Part shown: positions 32,160 through 40,969 of the stretch, piece by piece
How positions within the stretch are numbered: the stretch's first letter is position 1
How the letters are laid out: each line of letters starts with the position of its first letter
Notes under the pieces: model-generated
Seen by the model: only the letters and a program-made list of their open reading frames with translations
The model's database searches: none
What the model was told of the DNA's origin: nothing
DNA from: an uncultured Candidatus Saccharibacteria bacterium
GTDB lineage: Bacteria > Patescibacteriota > Saccharimonadia > Saccharimonadales > Saccharimonadaceae
Direction: 5' to 3'
Assembly (NCBI GenBank): GCA_963533325.1
Contig: CAUSOC010000003.1
Span: forward strand, 2,305-66,304
DNA: 64,000 nt
Program-made: the position numbers and the translations under genes

Positions 32160-32185
32160 CCTTTGATATCCTATATACTAATCAT

Positions 32186-33607
32186 TTACTCCAGTGTCAA
32201 AACGCGTATCGTATCAGTTTTGCCGGCGCCTGGGCGGTGGCCATTAACCAACACCAACGTTGCCACACCATCACCAAAGTAGCCTTCATTTTTCAGATCA
32301 CGTGCTAGGTCAAGACCATGACAGTTCTCTGGTGGGCGCATGTACACACGAGTTGCGTAATTCAGCGCCAACTTCTGAGCTGTTTTGCGGTTGTCTGTCA
32401 GGCTGATGATCGGCATGTTTGGACGGAAAGCACCAATGTTGACGGCCGTAGCACCCGTGTCCGTCTCTGCCACGATAGCATCTGCGTTGAGGTCACGCGC
32501 CAAACGAGCAGCTGTGTAGCTGATGACAGCGTCATTTTTCTGGCGAGATTCACTCTTTGTCACCGACATGACATCACTGTGTTCCTGGGTGTAGAGAATG
32601 GTTTTTCGCATGGAATCAACCGCTTCAATTGGGTATTTACCATTGGCAGTCTCATCAGACAACATCACCACGTCAGCACCCTGGATGACCGCGTTTGCCA
32701 CATCGCTCACTTCAGCGCGGCTCGGCTCAGGATTGTCAACCATACTACCCATCATCTGAGTTGCTACGATCACCATCTTGCCGTGCTTGCGACACAATGT
32801 GATAATCCGTCGCTGCACGACCGGCACAATCTCGGCGCCAGCTTCCACCGCCAAGTCTCCTCGCGCCACCATGACACCATCGCTCAACTGCACGATCTTT
32901 TCCAGGTTTTCTGGAGAGATGGCAGATTTTGTCTCAATCTTGGCGATGATCTGCGCTTCAGAACCAAACGTCAACAAACGCTGCCGCAAGTCAACGATAT
33001 CAGATGCCGACTGCACGAAGCTCAAAGAAACATAATCAAAGTCGCGGCTAGCCCCCCACTCAATGTCTTCTAGGTCTTTCTGGGTCAAAATATCACCGCC
33101 AAAATCAGTGTCAGGCAAATTCAAACCTTTTCGGCTCATCAAAAAGCCGTCATTTTGAATCTCAACCTTGATGGCAGTTTCACTGACGATTTCACGAACA
33201 ATTGAACGAATTTTACCGTCAAACATGTACAACGGTTCGCCAACTTTCATCTTGCTGGCCAAGTTGTACTGCACTGGAAGATTGAAGCTTCCGTCATGTT
33301 CAGCAATTTCCGAGTCCAGCACCAACATATCGCCAGTTTTCACTTCCAACATGTTGTCTTTCAAAATACCCAGACGAATTTTTGGACCTTGCAAGTCTTG
33401 CAAGATCGCAACTGGCTTGTCTTGCTCACGGCTAGCGGTACGAATCCACTCAATCTGCTGCGTGCGCTCTTCGTAGCTACCGTGGCTAAAATTAAGACGG
33501 AAACCGTTGGCGCCAGCGGCCATCAGCTCCGATACTTTTTCCTGGCTCATGGTTGCAGGACCAATTGTTGCCAAAATTTTGGTACGTTTAAAAATAGGTT
33601 TACTCAT
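32186..33607 (-). CDS. pyk: Pyruvate kinase
   Basis: TKILATIGP, RLNFSHG, DLQGPKIR, IAKIE, MVARGDL, MLSDETA. Confidence 0.98.
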   Translation of the reverse strand: MSKPIFKRTKILATIGPATMSQEKVSELMAAGANGFRLNFSHGSYEERTQQIEWIRTASREQDKPVAILQDLQGPKIRLGILKDNMLEVKTGDMLVLDSEIAEHDGSFNLPVQYNLASKMKVGEPLYMFDGKIRSIVREIVSETAIKVEIQNDGFLMSRKGLNLPDTDFGGDILTQKDLEDIEWGASRDFDYVSLSFVQSASDIVDLRQRLLTFGSEAQIIAKIETKSAISPENLEKIVQLSDGVMVARGDLAVEAGAEIVPVVQRRIITLCRKHGKMVIVATQMMGSMVDNPEPSRAEVSDVANAVIQGADVVMLSDETANGKYPIEAVDSMRKTILYTQEHSDVMSVTKSESRQKNDAVISYTAARLARDLNADAIVAETDTGATAVNIGAFRPNMPIISLTDNRKTAQKLALNYATRVYMRPPENCHGLDLARDLKNEGYFGDGVATLVLVNGHRPGAGKTDTIRVLTLE

Positions 33608-33677
33608 TTTTAAAATTATATCACGAAATAACAGTGATGGAAAATGGTTGTGTTATCTGGGGTCTAATATCATCTAG

Positions 33678-33779
33678 TCAAGCTTTTATGTTGTCGTCTA
33701 GAGTTAATCCAGCATCAGATTTTTTAAAATCAGCATAAGCTAATGCCGACAAACTTAAGTACTCAATGGTTTTTACCAT
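33678..33779 (-). pseudogene. Truncated 5' stub C of a putative effector gene
   Basis: RBS GAGGAGG, then MVKTIEYLSLSALAYADFKKSDAGLTLDDNIKA*; overlaps the stop of 33773..34597. Confidence 0.7.
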
Positions 33780-34597
33780 CTATCGCCCTCCTCTACTGGC
33801 ATATTTTTTGACGTATCAATACAACCTTTTATCTCATTAATTGATGACAACTTATCTCTATTACAATATTCTCTTGAAATAAGCTTGCCATTCTTCGATA
33901 AGTATATATTTACAGATATATCTTTAGGGCTCACTCCCACGTTTTTCGCATACTCCATCATCTCGTGTATGCCACTAGCAAAACGACTCTCGTCTTTAAT
34001 GTCACCATCATACTTAAAATTTAATCCATAAGCTAAATTGCCACGCTGCCCGACTTTATTTTCAGCCAAAAACACCTCCTCAAAAGTTGGCTTTTTCAGA
34101 GTGAAGGTACGCTCTACGTCCGGATCTATTACGCCTAGTCTAACTTTGACATCAACGGGCATGTCTTTAAATATTTCTCTGACTTTGGGCTGAATTTTGG
34201 CAGTTTGTTCTTTTTGCCAAGTCCTTACTACATAGTCGTCGCTATATTTTGTCTGGTTGTCTACCCGAGAAATATGTATCTTTATACTTTTATCTGATTT
34301 AGGGTAGGCGTTAGTAGACCATACGCAAGAGATACCAAAAGCACCGCCATCGCAACTAGGCTTTTCTACATCAAAATCTTGATTGTATTTATTTTTTAGA
34401 TAGCTAGTTATATTAGCCTGCTCGATCGTATCACTAACCGAACGTTTATTAATTTCTCTATCTACTATAATTCCACCTACGATATACACTACCGTCATTA
34501 TCACAACTATCGACGACAGAATAATTAAAATAACTCGCCGGGCTTTTTTATTATTTATGCGTGACTTGTTAGTCCTTTTACTTTTACTCTTCGCCAT
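33773..34597 (-). CDS. Membrane-anchored YLxNKY-family protein, paralog C (immunity-like)
   Basis: Basic N-terminus, one TM, YLKNKYNQDFDVE..GAFGI..AY..SDDY..W. Confidence 0.8.
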   Translation of the reverse strand: MAKSKSKRTNKSRINNKKARRVILIILSSIVVIMTVVYIVGGIIVDREINKRSVSDTIEQANITSYLKNKYNQDFDVEKPSCDGGAFGISCVWSTNAYPKSDKSIKIHISRVDNQTKYSDDYVVRTWQKEQTAKIQPKVREIFKDMPVDVKVRLGVIDPDVERTFTLKKPTFEEVFLAENKVGQRGNLAYGLNFKYDGDIKDESRFASGIHEMMEYAKNVGVSPKDISVNIYLSKNGKLISREYCNRDKLSSINEIKGCIDTSKNMPVEEGDRW

Positions 34598-34633
34598 ACA
34601 ACACAGCCTCTTATTGCTTAGTTATTTATGATT

Positions 34634-34747
34634 TTATTTAAACATAGGCATGATACAACATGCTAGTGGTCTTATCTGTAAAAGCAACTCTGAGGTTGGT
34701 AATTGCTTTGAGATTAGTATCAGATATTCTAGAGTTTTTAATGCCAT
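34634..34747 (-). pseudogene. Truncated 5' stub B of a putative effector gene
   Basis: RBS AGGGG, then MALKTLEYLIL... (37 codons; similarity to stubs A and C only over about 11 residues), starting right after the stop of 34749..35477. Confidence 0.5.
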
Positions 34748-34748
34748 A

Positions 34749-35477
34749 TTATTCCCCTATCTTATTAATACAATCATCCAAGTCTTTTTCGGACCCCAAA
34801 TCTTTTTTATCTAGAAAAATTGTACATCTGCCAGTTGAACGATTTTTACTATTGGTATCTATTTTTATGCTGTAAATACTCTCTTCTCTCAATTTCTCTA
34901 CAATTTTGAATATATAAGAAGCCTTCTGTTTGTCATTCGGAGCGTCTATTATTAGCCTGTACAAGAAGCCTTCGTCTTTTGTTTTATTATCTTCATATTT
35001 AGATTGTTTATTTACAGAGTCTACCAAATCTTCAGATAAGACAATTTCTGCCCGTGCACTATCTGCTTTATAGCCATTGCTATTAGCGTTAACTTCTTTG
35101 ATGGTAGATTCTAACTCCCTGCTGGCTTGGACTGACCAGATGGCGGCGATGTATTGGTCGCTACAGTCAGAGGGGTTCAAATAGCTGCAATCGATGTCGA
35201 ATTTTAGTTTTGGGTTTGACACTAGGTATGCTTGCGACATCCATATACCGTTGACCCCAAAACCTCCGTGTTTATACTCAGGTCTCTCTACCTTAAAATC
35301 TTCGTTATATTTATTTTTTAGATACTCTGACATCCCATTCTGGGCATTGGATATTTTATTTTCATTTTTGATATGTAAGACAATCGCTATGGCAACAATC
35401 AATATAACCAGGCTACAGAGGGCTATCAATAATTTGTATACTTTATGCTTCTTTGTCTTACTAACTTTTTTTACCAT
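34749..35477 (-). CDS. Membrane-anchored YLxNKY-family protein, paralog B (immunity-like)
   Basis: Basic N-terminus, one TM, YLKNKYNEDFKVE..GGFGV..AY..SDQY..W; GGAGG RBS; TTGCAT-17-TAAAAT promoter. Confidence 0.8.
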   Translation of the reverse strand: MVKKVSKTKKHKVYKLLIALCSLVILIVAIAIVLHIKNENKISNAQNGMSEYLKNKYNEDFKVERPEYKHGGFGVNGIWMSQAYLVSNPKLKFDIDCSYLNPSDCSDQYIAAIWSVQASRELESTIKEVNANSNGYKADSARAEIVLSEDLVDSVNKQSKYEDNKTKDEGFLYRLIIDAPNDKQKASYIFKIVEKLREESIYSIKIDTNSKNRSTGRCTIFLDKKDLGSEKDLDDCINKIGE

Positions 35478-35654
35478 GACCCCTCCGGTCATTTGCTAGA
35501 TGATACTATTTTAGCTTAAGCATAACTTATATGCAAAGAAATTGATGCTATACACAATCCTAGGTTATAGGTTGTGAAGTTTCACATCCCAGGAGCAGAT
35601 AGGGTTAGCCCCTTTCTTAAAGGCAGAGAGCTAAATATCTGATGAATCAAAACC

Positions 35655-36089
35655 TCAGAGGCTATTCAGCTGATTAATAGATCCGACTACTGAGGCAATA
35701 CCCCATACTGTCCCATTCATATAAATTATTTCTTGATACTCCTTAGGATCTCCTAAGTCGTAGCCACAATGCTGTAGTTCATATTTACCGTCGTATATCT
35801 TTCTGCCACATAAGTCTGGTTTGCCGATAAGCTCCTCGACCGTATCCCTATCCATGCCGATCTGGACGTCGCTCATCTTCTCATAGAACTCGTCCTTAGT
35901 TGACCAAGGCCTACTGTTAGTATTGGAGCTAGCATTAGTATCAGAGACAGTATTAGGGCGAGGAGTGTGCTGCTGTAGATATAGGATTGTTACGACTCCA
36001 GCGGTAAAACATATAGCTACGTAAACTAGCACAATAGCCACAAGTTTAATTAACTTTTTACCTTTATAAGGATGACCGTTGTTTACCAT
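35655..36089 (-). CDS. Membrane-anchored SmpA/BamE/BLIP-like domain protein
   Basis: One TM, S/T/N linker, VQIGMDRDTVEELIGKP (IxxGMxxxxVxxxxGxP motif). Confidence 0.65.
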   Translation of the reverse strand: MVNNGHPYKGKKLIKLVAIVLVYVAICFTAGVVTILYLQQHTPRPNTVSDTNASSNTNSRPWSTKDEFYEKMSDVQIGMDRDTVEELIGKPDLCGRKIYDGKYELQHCGYDLGDPKEYQEIIYMNGTVWGIASVVGSINQLNSL

Positions 36090-36106
36090 AAGCTTATTCT
36101 ATTACG

Positions 36107-36238
36107 TTATACTGGACAGTTCAATCTACTTGGATATCTAGAAATAGTTGGAAGTTCGCCTAAAGATGAGCCTTCAAATTTTGTCAAGTCCGAGTAAGCT
36201 AAAGCACTCAGCGCTAAATATTGCTCAGTAGTTACCAT
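36107..36238 (-). pseudogene. Truncated 5' stub A of a putative effector gene
   Basis: RBS AAGGGG, then MVTTEQYLALSALAYSDLTKFEGSSLGELPTISRYPSRLNCPV*; overlaps the end of 36225..37052. Confidence 0.7.
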
Positions 36239-37052
36239 TATTTGTCCCCTTCATATTGCCATCTAGATACTTTTTTATATCCACCTCGCTATGAATCTTA
36301 TTAACAGAACCTTCGCTAAACCTTCGACAGTTTCTGTAACTAGTGTCACATGTGCGTAAATATAGACTATCTAATGATGTTTTCTGCAGGAGGGATACAA
36401 GTTTCCATAGTCTATTACTGTCGCGTATACTCATATCAAACACGATGAGCTCTATAGATATATGCTCCTTGTTACCAGTAGCTCTATATTCTTTGAAGCT
36501 TGGTATATACTTCTTATAATCCATTTTTCCAGCCTTGCTGCTATTAAAATAAACAGCCACCTCATATGCCACGTCATCATACAATATAGCCTTTATCTCA
36601 GGTTTTATTTCATCAAGATATTCCCTACTCCAAAGCTGATTAATGTAATTATCCCGATACTGATGAGAGCTTCCGTTAGGATCACCATAATCCCATACTT
36701 TGAATCTTAGATTATCTTTGTCAGATTTAAGATATGCGTCAGCCGTTGGATCACCCTCAACACCAATACCGCGTCCCTCAATTCTATAATTCTCTACTAC
36801 AAATTCTTTGCCATATTTATTCCTTAGATACCGAGCCATGTCATTTTGTCGTGCTAGATTATTGCTAGTACTGACAATAAACTGCACGACAACAGCAAGC
36901 AAGATGATAATAACAATAGCAATCCAAGGTCTTACATTTATGCTTTGCTTGGACTTAGGCTTTTTCAGTGTGGTTTTCTTGGGCAGTTTTTTGCTGACGC
37001 GAGTATTCTTATTGTTTGTCTGTCTTGTCTTTGTTATACCGTTTTTTGCCAT
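36225..37052 (-). CDS. Membrane-anchored YLxNKY-family protein, paralog A (immunity-like)
   Basis: Basic N-terminus, one TM, YLRNKYGKEFVVE..GIGV..AY..RDNY..W; TTGCAA-17-TAAAAT promoter. Confidence 0.8.
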   Translation of the reverse strand: MAKNGITKTRQTNNKNTRVSKKLPKKTTLKKPKSKQSINVRPWIAIVIIILLAVVVQFIVSTSNNLARQNDMARYLRNKYGKEFVVENYRIEGRGIGVEGDPTADAYLKSDKDNLRFKVWDYGDPNGSSHQYRDNYINQLWSREYLDEIKPEIKAILYDDVAYEVAVYFNSSKAGKMDYKKYIPSFKEYRATGNKEHISIELIVFDMSIRDSNRLWKLVSLLQKTSLDSLYLRTCDTSYRNCRRFSEGSVNKIHSEVDIKKYLDGNMKGTNNGNY

Positions 37053-37134
37053 TGAAGACCCACATTACTATTAGTTACTAATTACTTTTGATTTTATAGT
37101 AAGCATAAGCTTATTGCAAAACTAGAAATAAAAC

Positions 37135-37156
37135 AAAAAAGGCTCCAAATAGCCTC
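37135..37156 (-). terminator. Terminator after tRNA-Glu
   Basis: aggct-atttgg-agcct followed by a T-run on the minus strand. Confidence 0.55.
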
Positions 37157-37168
37157 TTGATTCCATAG

Positions 37169-37243
37169 TGGTGACCTTACCGGGAATCGAACCCGGATTG
37201 CCAGGATGAAAACCTGGTGTCCTAACCGTTAGACGATAAGGCC
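37169..37243 (-). tRNA. tRNA-Glu(TTC)
   Basis: GGCCTTATCG..CCAGG-TTTTCAT-CCTGG..GGTTCGATTCC..GGTCACCA. Confidence 0.96.
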
Positions 37244-37347
37244 AACGTCACGAATTATAGCAAATTATCAGTCAGTTGTCTACAAGTGGACAAAGCAATT
37301 TTCCGCTTCATTTCTCATTTGGCGTCGTTTCTTATATAATAATAGTC

Positions 37348-37560
37348 ATGGCAAAGCAAAAGAAGAAACGCAACAAAAAGTACACTGGTGTGGACGCTGC
37401 CACCAAGCGACCATCAATCACTCGCGTTAGTGCAGTCAACCGCTCACGGTTTGGGCAGTGGCGTCATGATCACCAACGACAACTCAGCATTGCGCGTACT
37501 GTCGCCATCATCATCGTTGCGCTCATCATCATTGTTTCGGGCGTCATGAGCTTATTCTAA
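37348..37560 (+). CDS. Small basic protein with a C-terminal TM
   Basis: MAKQKKKRNKKY.. directly after TATAAT; hydrophobic C-terminus. Confidence 0.7.
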   Translation: MAKQKKKRNKKYTGVDAATKRPSITRVSAVNRSRFGQWRHDHQRQLSIARTVAIIIVALIIIVSGVMSLF

Positions 37561-37566
37561 CGCCAT

Positions 37567-38859
37567 CTACTTCACCGGCAGACGAAACCCAAAGGTACTG
37601 CCTTTACTCTCTTTTGATTCAAATACCATCTGACCGCCGTGTGCCAGGACAACCTTGCGCGCCAAAAACAGCCCGATCCCCGTACCGTCTGGGCGTTTTT
37701 TGCGAGCGTTTGAGCCACGGAAAAACTTGCTGAACAAATTTGCTTTCTCCGCGTCAGGAACGCCGATACCAGTGTCTTTGACGGTAAACACCACATCGTC
37801 ATCATCTCTGGTCAGTTTTACTTTGATGGTCGTGTCGGGTTTTGAGTAGTACAGTGCATTTTCAATCATATTCATCATCACCTGTCGCAATTTTTCACCA
37901 TCCACCATGGGCTGTGGGATGTCTTTGTCGATGTCCACTGCTATTTTGACATGTCGCTGTTTGGACATGGTTTTTAGGAATGCAACCTCGTCTTTGACCA
38001 GTTGTACCAAGTCAGTCGCTTGACGGTTGATGACGAATTTGCCCGTTTGCAGCCTGGATACACTCAAAAAGTCACCAATGAGCTGCACCATTCTCTCGCT
38101 TGAGCCAAAGGCTTCGGTCAATACGGTGCGTTGCGTCGCGTTGATCGGCCCCAGGTCGCCCTCCAGCATCATGTCCAAATAGCCCTTGATGCTGGTCAGC
38201 GGGGTTCGCAACTGGTGTGATGCCATGGAGATGAATTCGTCTTTGGCAGCATCCAGTCGCTGTAGTTGGCGGTTGCTAATCCTGAGTTCCCTCGTTGCAT
38301 CGATGATTTTCTGTTGCAACGTTTCGTTAAGCTGCCGTACTTCAGCCATAGCGAGTGAGTTTTTGACTGCCACCACCAATTCACCGCTCATGGTTTCCAG
38401 GAGGGAAATATCTCGCCGCGTGTAGCGCTTGGCTCGTCTGCCAAACAACACACAACCAACGCATTCGTGGTCCATGGCTAACGGCAGGATGACTTCAATG
38501 TGATACATCGCCAAACTTTGCTGCAATGATTCATCCGCCAAATCTTTGACGAGCACCACTTCGTTGTAGCGATAATGCCGATGAATATGCTTTGTCAATC
38601 GTGCCACGTCAATCGCCGGAAGAACTCGTTTGCTGGTACTTTCTAGTCTAAAATTGTCACCAATCTTCACCGCTAGCGTCACGGACTCCGCCTGAAATGA
38701 CCGCCGCAAAAAACATTTCATGCGCTTTAAAAATACGTCCAAATCAGTGCTGCGCAGTAACAACATGCCCATCTCAGCAAAAAATTCTTGCTTGCGCATG
38801 CGACTGGTTTTCAAAACATGAGTCGCTTTTTTCAGAGATTGCCCATAGTCCCTATCCAT
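37567..38859 (-). CDS. Soluble sensor histidine kinase (GAF-like + HisKA + HATPase)
   Basis: ASHQLRTPL, NMIENALYY, DTGIG, GTGIGL; no TM segments. Confidence 0.93.
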   Translation of the reverse strand: MDRDYGQSLKKATHVLKTSRMRKQEFFAEMGMLLLRSTDLDVFLKRMKCFLRRSFQAESVTLAVKIGDNFRLESTSKRVLPAIDVARLTKHIHRHYRYNEVVLVKDLADESLQQSLAMYHIEVILPLAMDHECVGCVLFGRRAKRYTRRDISLLETMSGELVVAVKNSLAMAEVRQLNETLQQKIIDATRELRISNRQLQRLDAAKDEFISMASHQLRTPLTSIKGYLDMMLEGDLGPINATQRTVLTEAFGSSERMVQLIGDFLSVSRLQTGKFVINRQATDLVQLVKDEVAFLKTMSKQRHVKIAVDIDKDIPQPMVDGEKLRQVMMNMIENALYYSKPDTTIKVKLTRDDDDVVFTVKDTGIGVPDAEKANLFSKFFRGSNARKKRPDGTGIGLFLARKVVLAHGGQMVFESKESKGSTFGFRLPVK

Positions 38860-38918
38860 GTATATAAATATAAGCGATTTAGGCCTTCTCGTCCAGATAT
38901 CTGTGCTATAATGAGCCT

Positions 38919-39284
38919 ATGAAGAAGATTGCCATTATCGAAGACGATCCAGCTATTAGCCAGATGTACCGCATGAAATTTGAGGCTGATGATTTTGACG
39001 TACGACTCGCAGCCGATGGCAAAGTGGGCGTCGAATTAGTTGAGAAATTTACCCCAGATATCATTTTGCTTGATTTACAAATGCCAGAAATGGACGGATT
39101 GACTGCCTTGAAAAAAATTCGTTCGCACACGTGGGGTGAAACTGTGCCAGTCATCGTCCTAACTAACCTGAGCGAAGAAGAAGCGCCCGATGAACTGCGA
39201 GATCTCAACATTCACAGCTACATCGTCAAAGCGAACTTGACACCACGCCAAGTAGTCAGCAAAGTCAAAGACGTCATCGGCTAA
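38919..39284 (+). CDS. Single-domain response regulator
   Basis: IIEDD, LLDLQMPEMDG, VLTN, YIVK; no output domain. Confidence 0.93.
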   Translation: MKKIAIIEDDPAISQMYRMKFEADDFDVRLAADGKVGVELVEKFTPDIILLDLQMPEMDGLTALKKIRSHTWGETVPVIVLTNLSEEEAPDELRDLNIHSYIVKANLTPRQVVSKVKDVIG

Positions 39285-39289
39285 GCTGG

Positions 39290-40099
39290 CTAGTTCTGTT
39301 TTTGCTGATTGGCAATAGCCAGGCAAGCATTGATCAAATTGTCAAACAACGCCGTCACTGTTAGCGGTCCAACGCCGCCTTTTTCGGGCGTAATTGACAC
39401 GTCCCGTCGGTCACGCACTTCTTTGGCAACATCGCCAACTATTTTACCCTTGTCAGACGCGGTGCCTGCATCTACCACGATTGCACCAGGCTGCACCATG
39501 TCAGACGAAATAATACCGGGACTGCCCGTAGCGGTAACAATCACTTCAAAATCAACTAACCGCGCCAAGTCATCCCCCATGTCGAAGACGACTGGTTCTA
39601 AACCAGACCGACGCCACATATCTACCAGTGGTGCGCCCACCAGTCGACCATATCCAACCACAGCGATACGTTTTTTGGACAAATCAATACCATGGCCCGA
39701 CAATAGCCAATTGATAGCCGTTGGCGTTGCCGCTTCAAACGACGAACGAGGATTCAGCCCATCGACGTCTTTTTCTGGCGCAACCGCAGCCAATATTTCG
39801 TCCGTCTGAGTTGGATCTTTCAACGGCAGTTGGACGATGATTCCCTGCACATCTTCTCGCACACTCAGCTGCTGAACCGTCTCCAATACATCTTCCACGT
39901 GGTGAATTTCTGTATCGATCAAAATATCCGCACCATAGTTACGCTTCAAGCGCATGTAGGTTTCAATCACTGGATTATCGGTATTGGTGATAATTGCCAG
40001 ACGCGGCTGGATATGCCAGGCTTGACGCAATGCGCGAACTTGCTTAGCTTGACGCTCTTTGATAAAACTTGCCAAATCTGTACCAGTGAGTATTTTCAT
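39290..40099 (-). CDS. folD: Methylenetetrahydrofolate dehydrogenase/cyclohydrolase
   Basis: GIIVQLPL, KDVDGL, GRLVGAP, GGVGPLTV. Confidence 0.95.
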   Translation of the reverse strand: MKILTGTDLASFIKERQAKQVRALRQAWHIQPRLAIITNTDNPVIETYMRLKRNYGADILIDTEIHHVEDVLETVQQLSVREDVQGIIVQLPLKDPTQTDEILAAVAPEKDVDGLNPRSSFEAATPTAINWLLSGHGIDLSKKRIAVVGYGRLVGAPLVDMWRRSGLEPVVFDMGDDLARLVDFEVIVTATGSPGIISSDMVQPGAIVVDAGTASDKGKIVGDVAKEVRDRRDVSITPEKGGVGPLTVTALFDNLINACLAIANQQKQN

Positions 40100-40172
40100 C
40101 TCTATCATTCTACCAAATGAGTCTGCTTGAGTACAGGTATCAGCTATGGTATAATGCTAGAAGCTTGCGCAT

Positions 40173-40250
40173 GGCGGATGTAGCTCAGTTGGTTAGAGCG
40201 CTGGATTGTGGCTCCGGAGGCCGTGGGTTCGACCCCCATCATTCGCCCCA
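40173..40250 (+). tRNA. tRNA-His(GTG)
   Basis: G-1, CTGGA-TTGTGGC-TCCGG anticodon arm, GGTTCGA, CCA end. Confidence 0.96.
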
Positions 40251-40292
40251 AGCATTGATTTGTGGCATAATATGTGCTAAAATCACACGTAT

Positions 40293-40369
40293 GGGCCAGT
40301 AGCTCAGCTGGTTAGAGCACCTGCCTCTTAAGCAGGGTGTCGAGGGTTCGAGCCCCTCCTGGCCCTCCA
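40293..40369 (+). tRNA. tRNA-Lys(CTT)
   Basis: CCTGC-CTCTTAA-GCAGG anticodon arm, CCA end. Confidence 0.96.
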
Positions 40370-40403
40370 AAATAACCTCACACGCGTGTGAGGATTTTAT
40401 TTT
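40370..40403. terminator. Bidirectional terminator
   Basis: cctcacac-gc-gtgtgagg flanked by A/T runs between convergent genes. Confidence 0.75.
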
Positions 40404-40406
40404 GCC

Positions 40407-40829
40407 TTATGCATACGGATTGTACCGACGGGAAGGCGGTTCGTGAAATGATGACCTTGGTCTGTTGAGTCCCATCGGGCGAGCGTTGGCATTTGAAGAT
40501 TGCCGATTTGGCCTATCTGTTTCAGTCTTGGCAGTATGCGGTTTTCTGTTTGAAAGACTCTGCTCTGCCGACTGCTTGGATTTATGATCATACCCCGAAG
40601 CTACAACCCCCAATTCCATGCCAAAGCGACGCACATGCCCATGGCAGCTAGCCATGGCAGAGCTTTGATAATTATTGATGTATTGGCGATCTGAATTTGC
40701 CCGATGTTTTCTGTTGATGCTTCGTCCCGTATGTCCGTACGCCGTAAAACCGTCAATCGACCCTCGTCGAGGATCAGATAGTCTCATCATCAGTTCTCGA
40801 GACATGCGTGGTTTTCGACTCGCATCCAT
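40407..40829 (-). CDS. Hypothetical basic, probably disordered protein
   Basis: 140-aa ORF directly downstream of tRNA-Arg(TCT), ending at the terminator. Confidence 0.55.
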   Translation of the reverse strand: MDASRKPRMSRELMMRLSDPRRGSIDGFTAYGHTGRSINRKHRANSDRQYINNYQSSAMASCHGHVRRFGMELGVVASGYDHKSKQSAEQSLSNRKPHTAKTETDRPNRQSSNANARPMGLNRPRSSFHEPPSRRYNPYA

Positions 40830-40849
40830 ATTTGATACTCGTAATCCTA

Positions 40850-40926
40850 TGGCGCCCCGAGTAGGATTCGAACCTACGACCTTAGGCTTAGAAGTCCTCT
40901 GCTCTATCCAGCTGAGCTATCAGGGC
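40850..40926 (-). tRNA. tRNA-Arg(TCT)
   Basis: GCCCTGATAGCTCAG..GAGGA-CTTCTAA-GCCTA..GGTTCGAATCC..GCGCCA. Confidence 0.9.
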
Positions 40927-40969
40927 GTATTCACATTATAGCATCTTTCTGCTACAATGATACAAGCTT

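Larger units (their letters stand above)
33650..37130. mobile_element. AT-rich accessory island at the 3' end of tRNA-Glu (no integrase seen)
   Basis: Visible shift to AT-rich sequence between pyk and tRNA-Glu; four membrane-anchored hypothetical genes and three gene stubs; boundaries approximate. Confidence 0.65.

Noticed and set aside
12528..33073. Long antisense ORFs (e.g. 12528..13184, 22386..23021, 23532..24173, 32318..33073)
   Set aside because: They lie opposite well-supported genes and have no recognisable motifs; codon-bias shadows.
33610..33680. att-site duplication of the tRNA-Glu 3' end at the far island boundary
   Set aside because: No copy of the tRNA 3' sequence found and no integrase in the window, so site-specific integration is unsupported.
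40117..40941. Track ORFs 40117..40302 and 40675..40941
   Set aside because: They overlap tRNA genes and are spurious translations.
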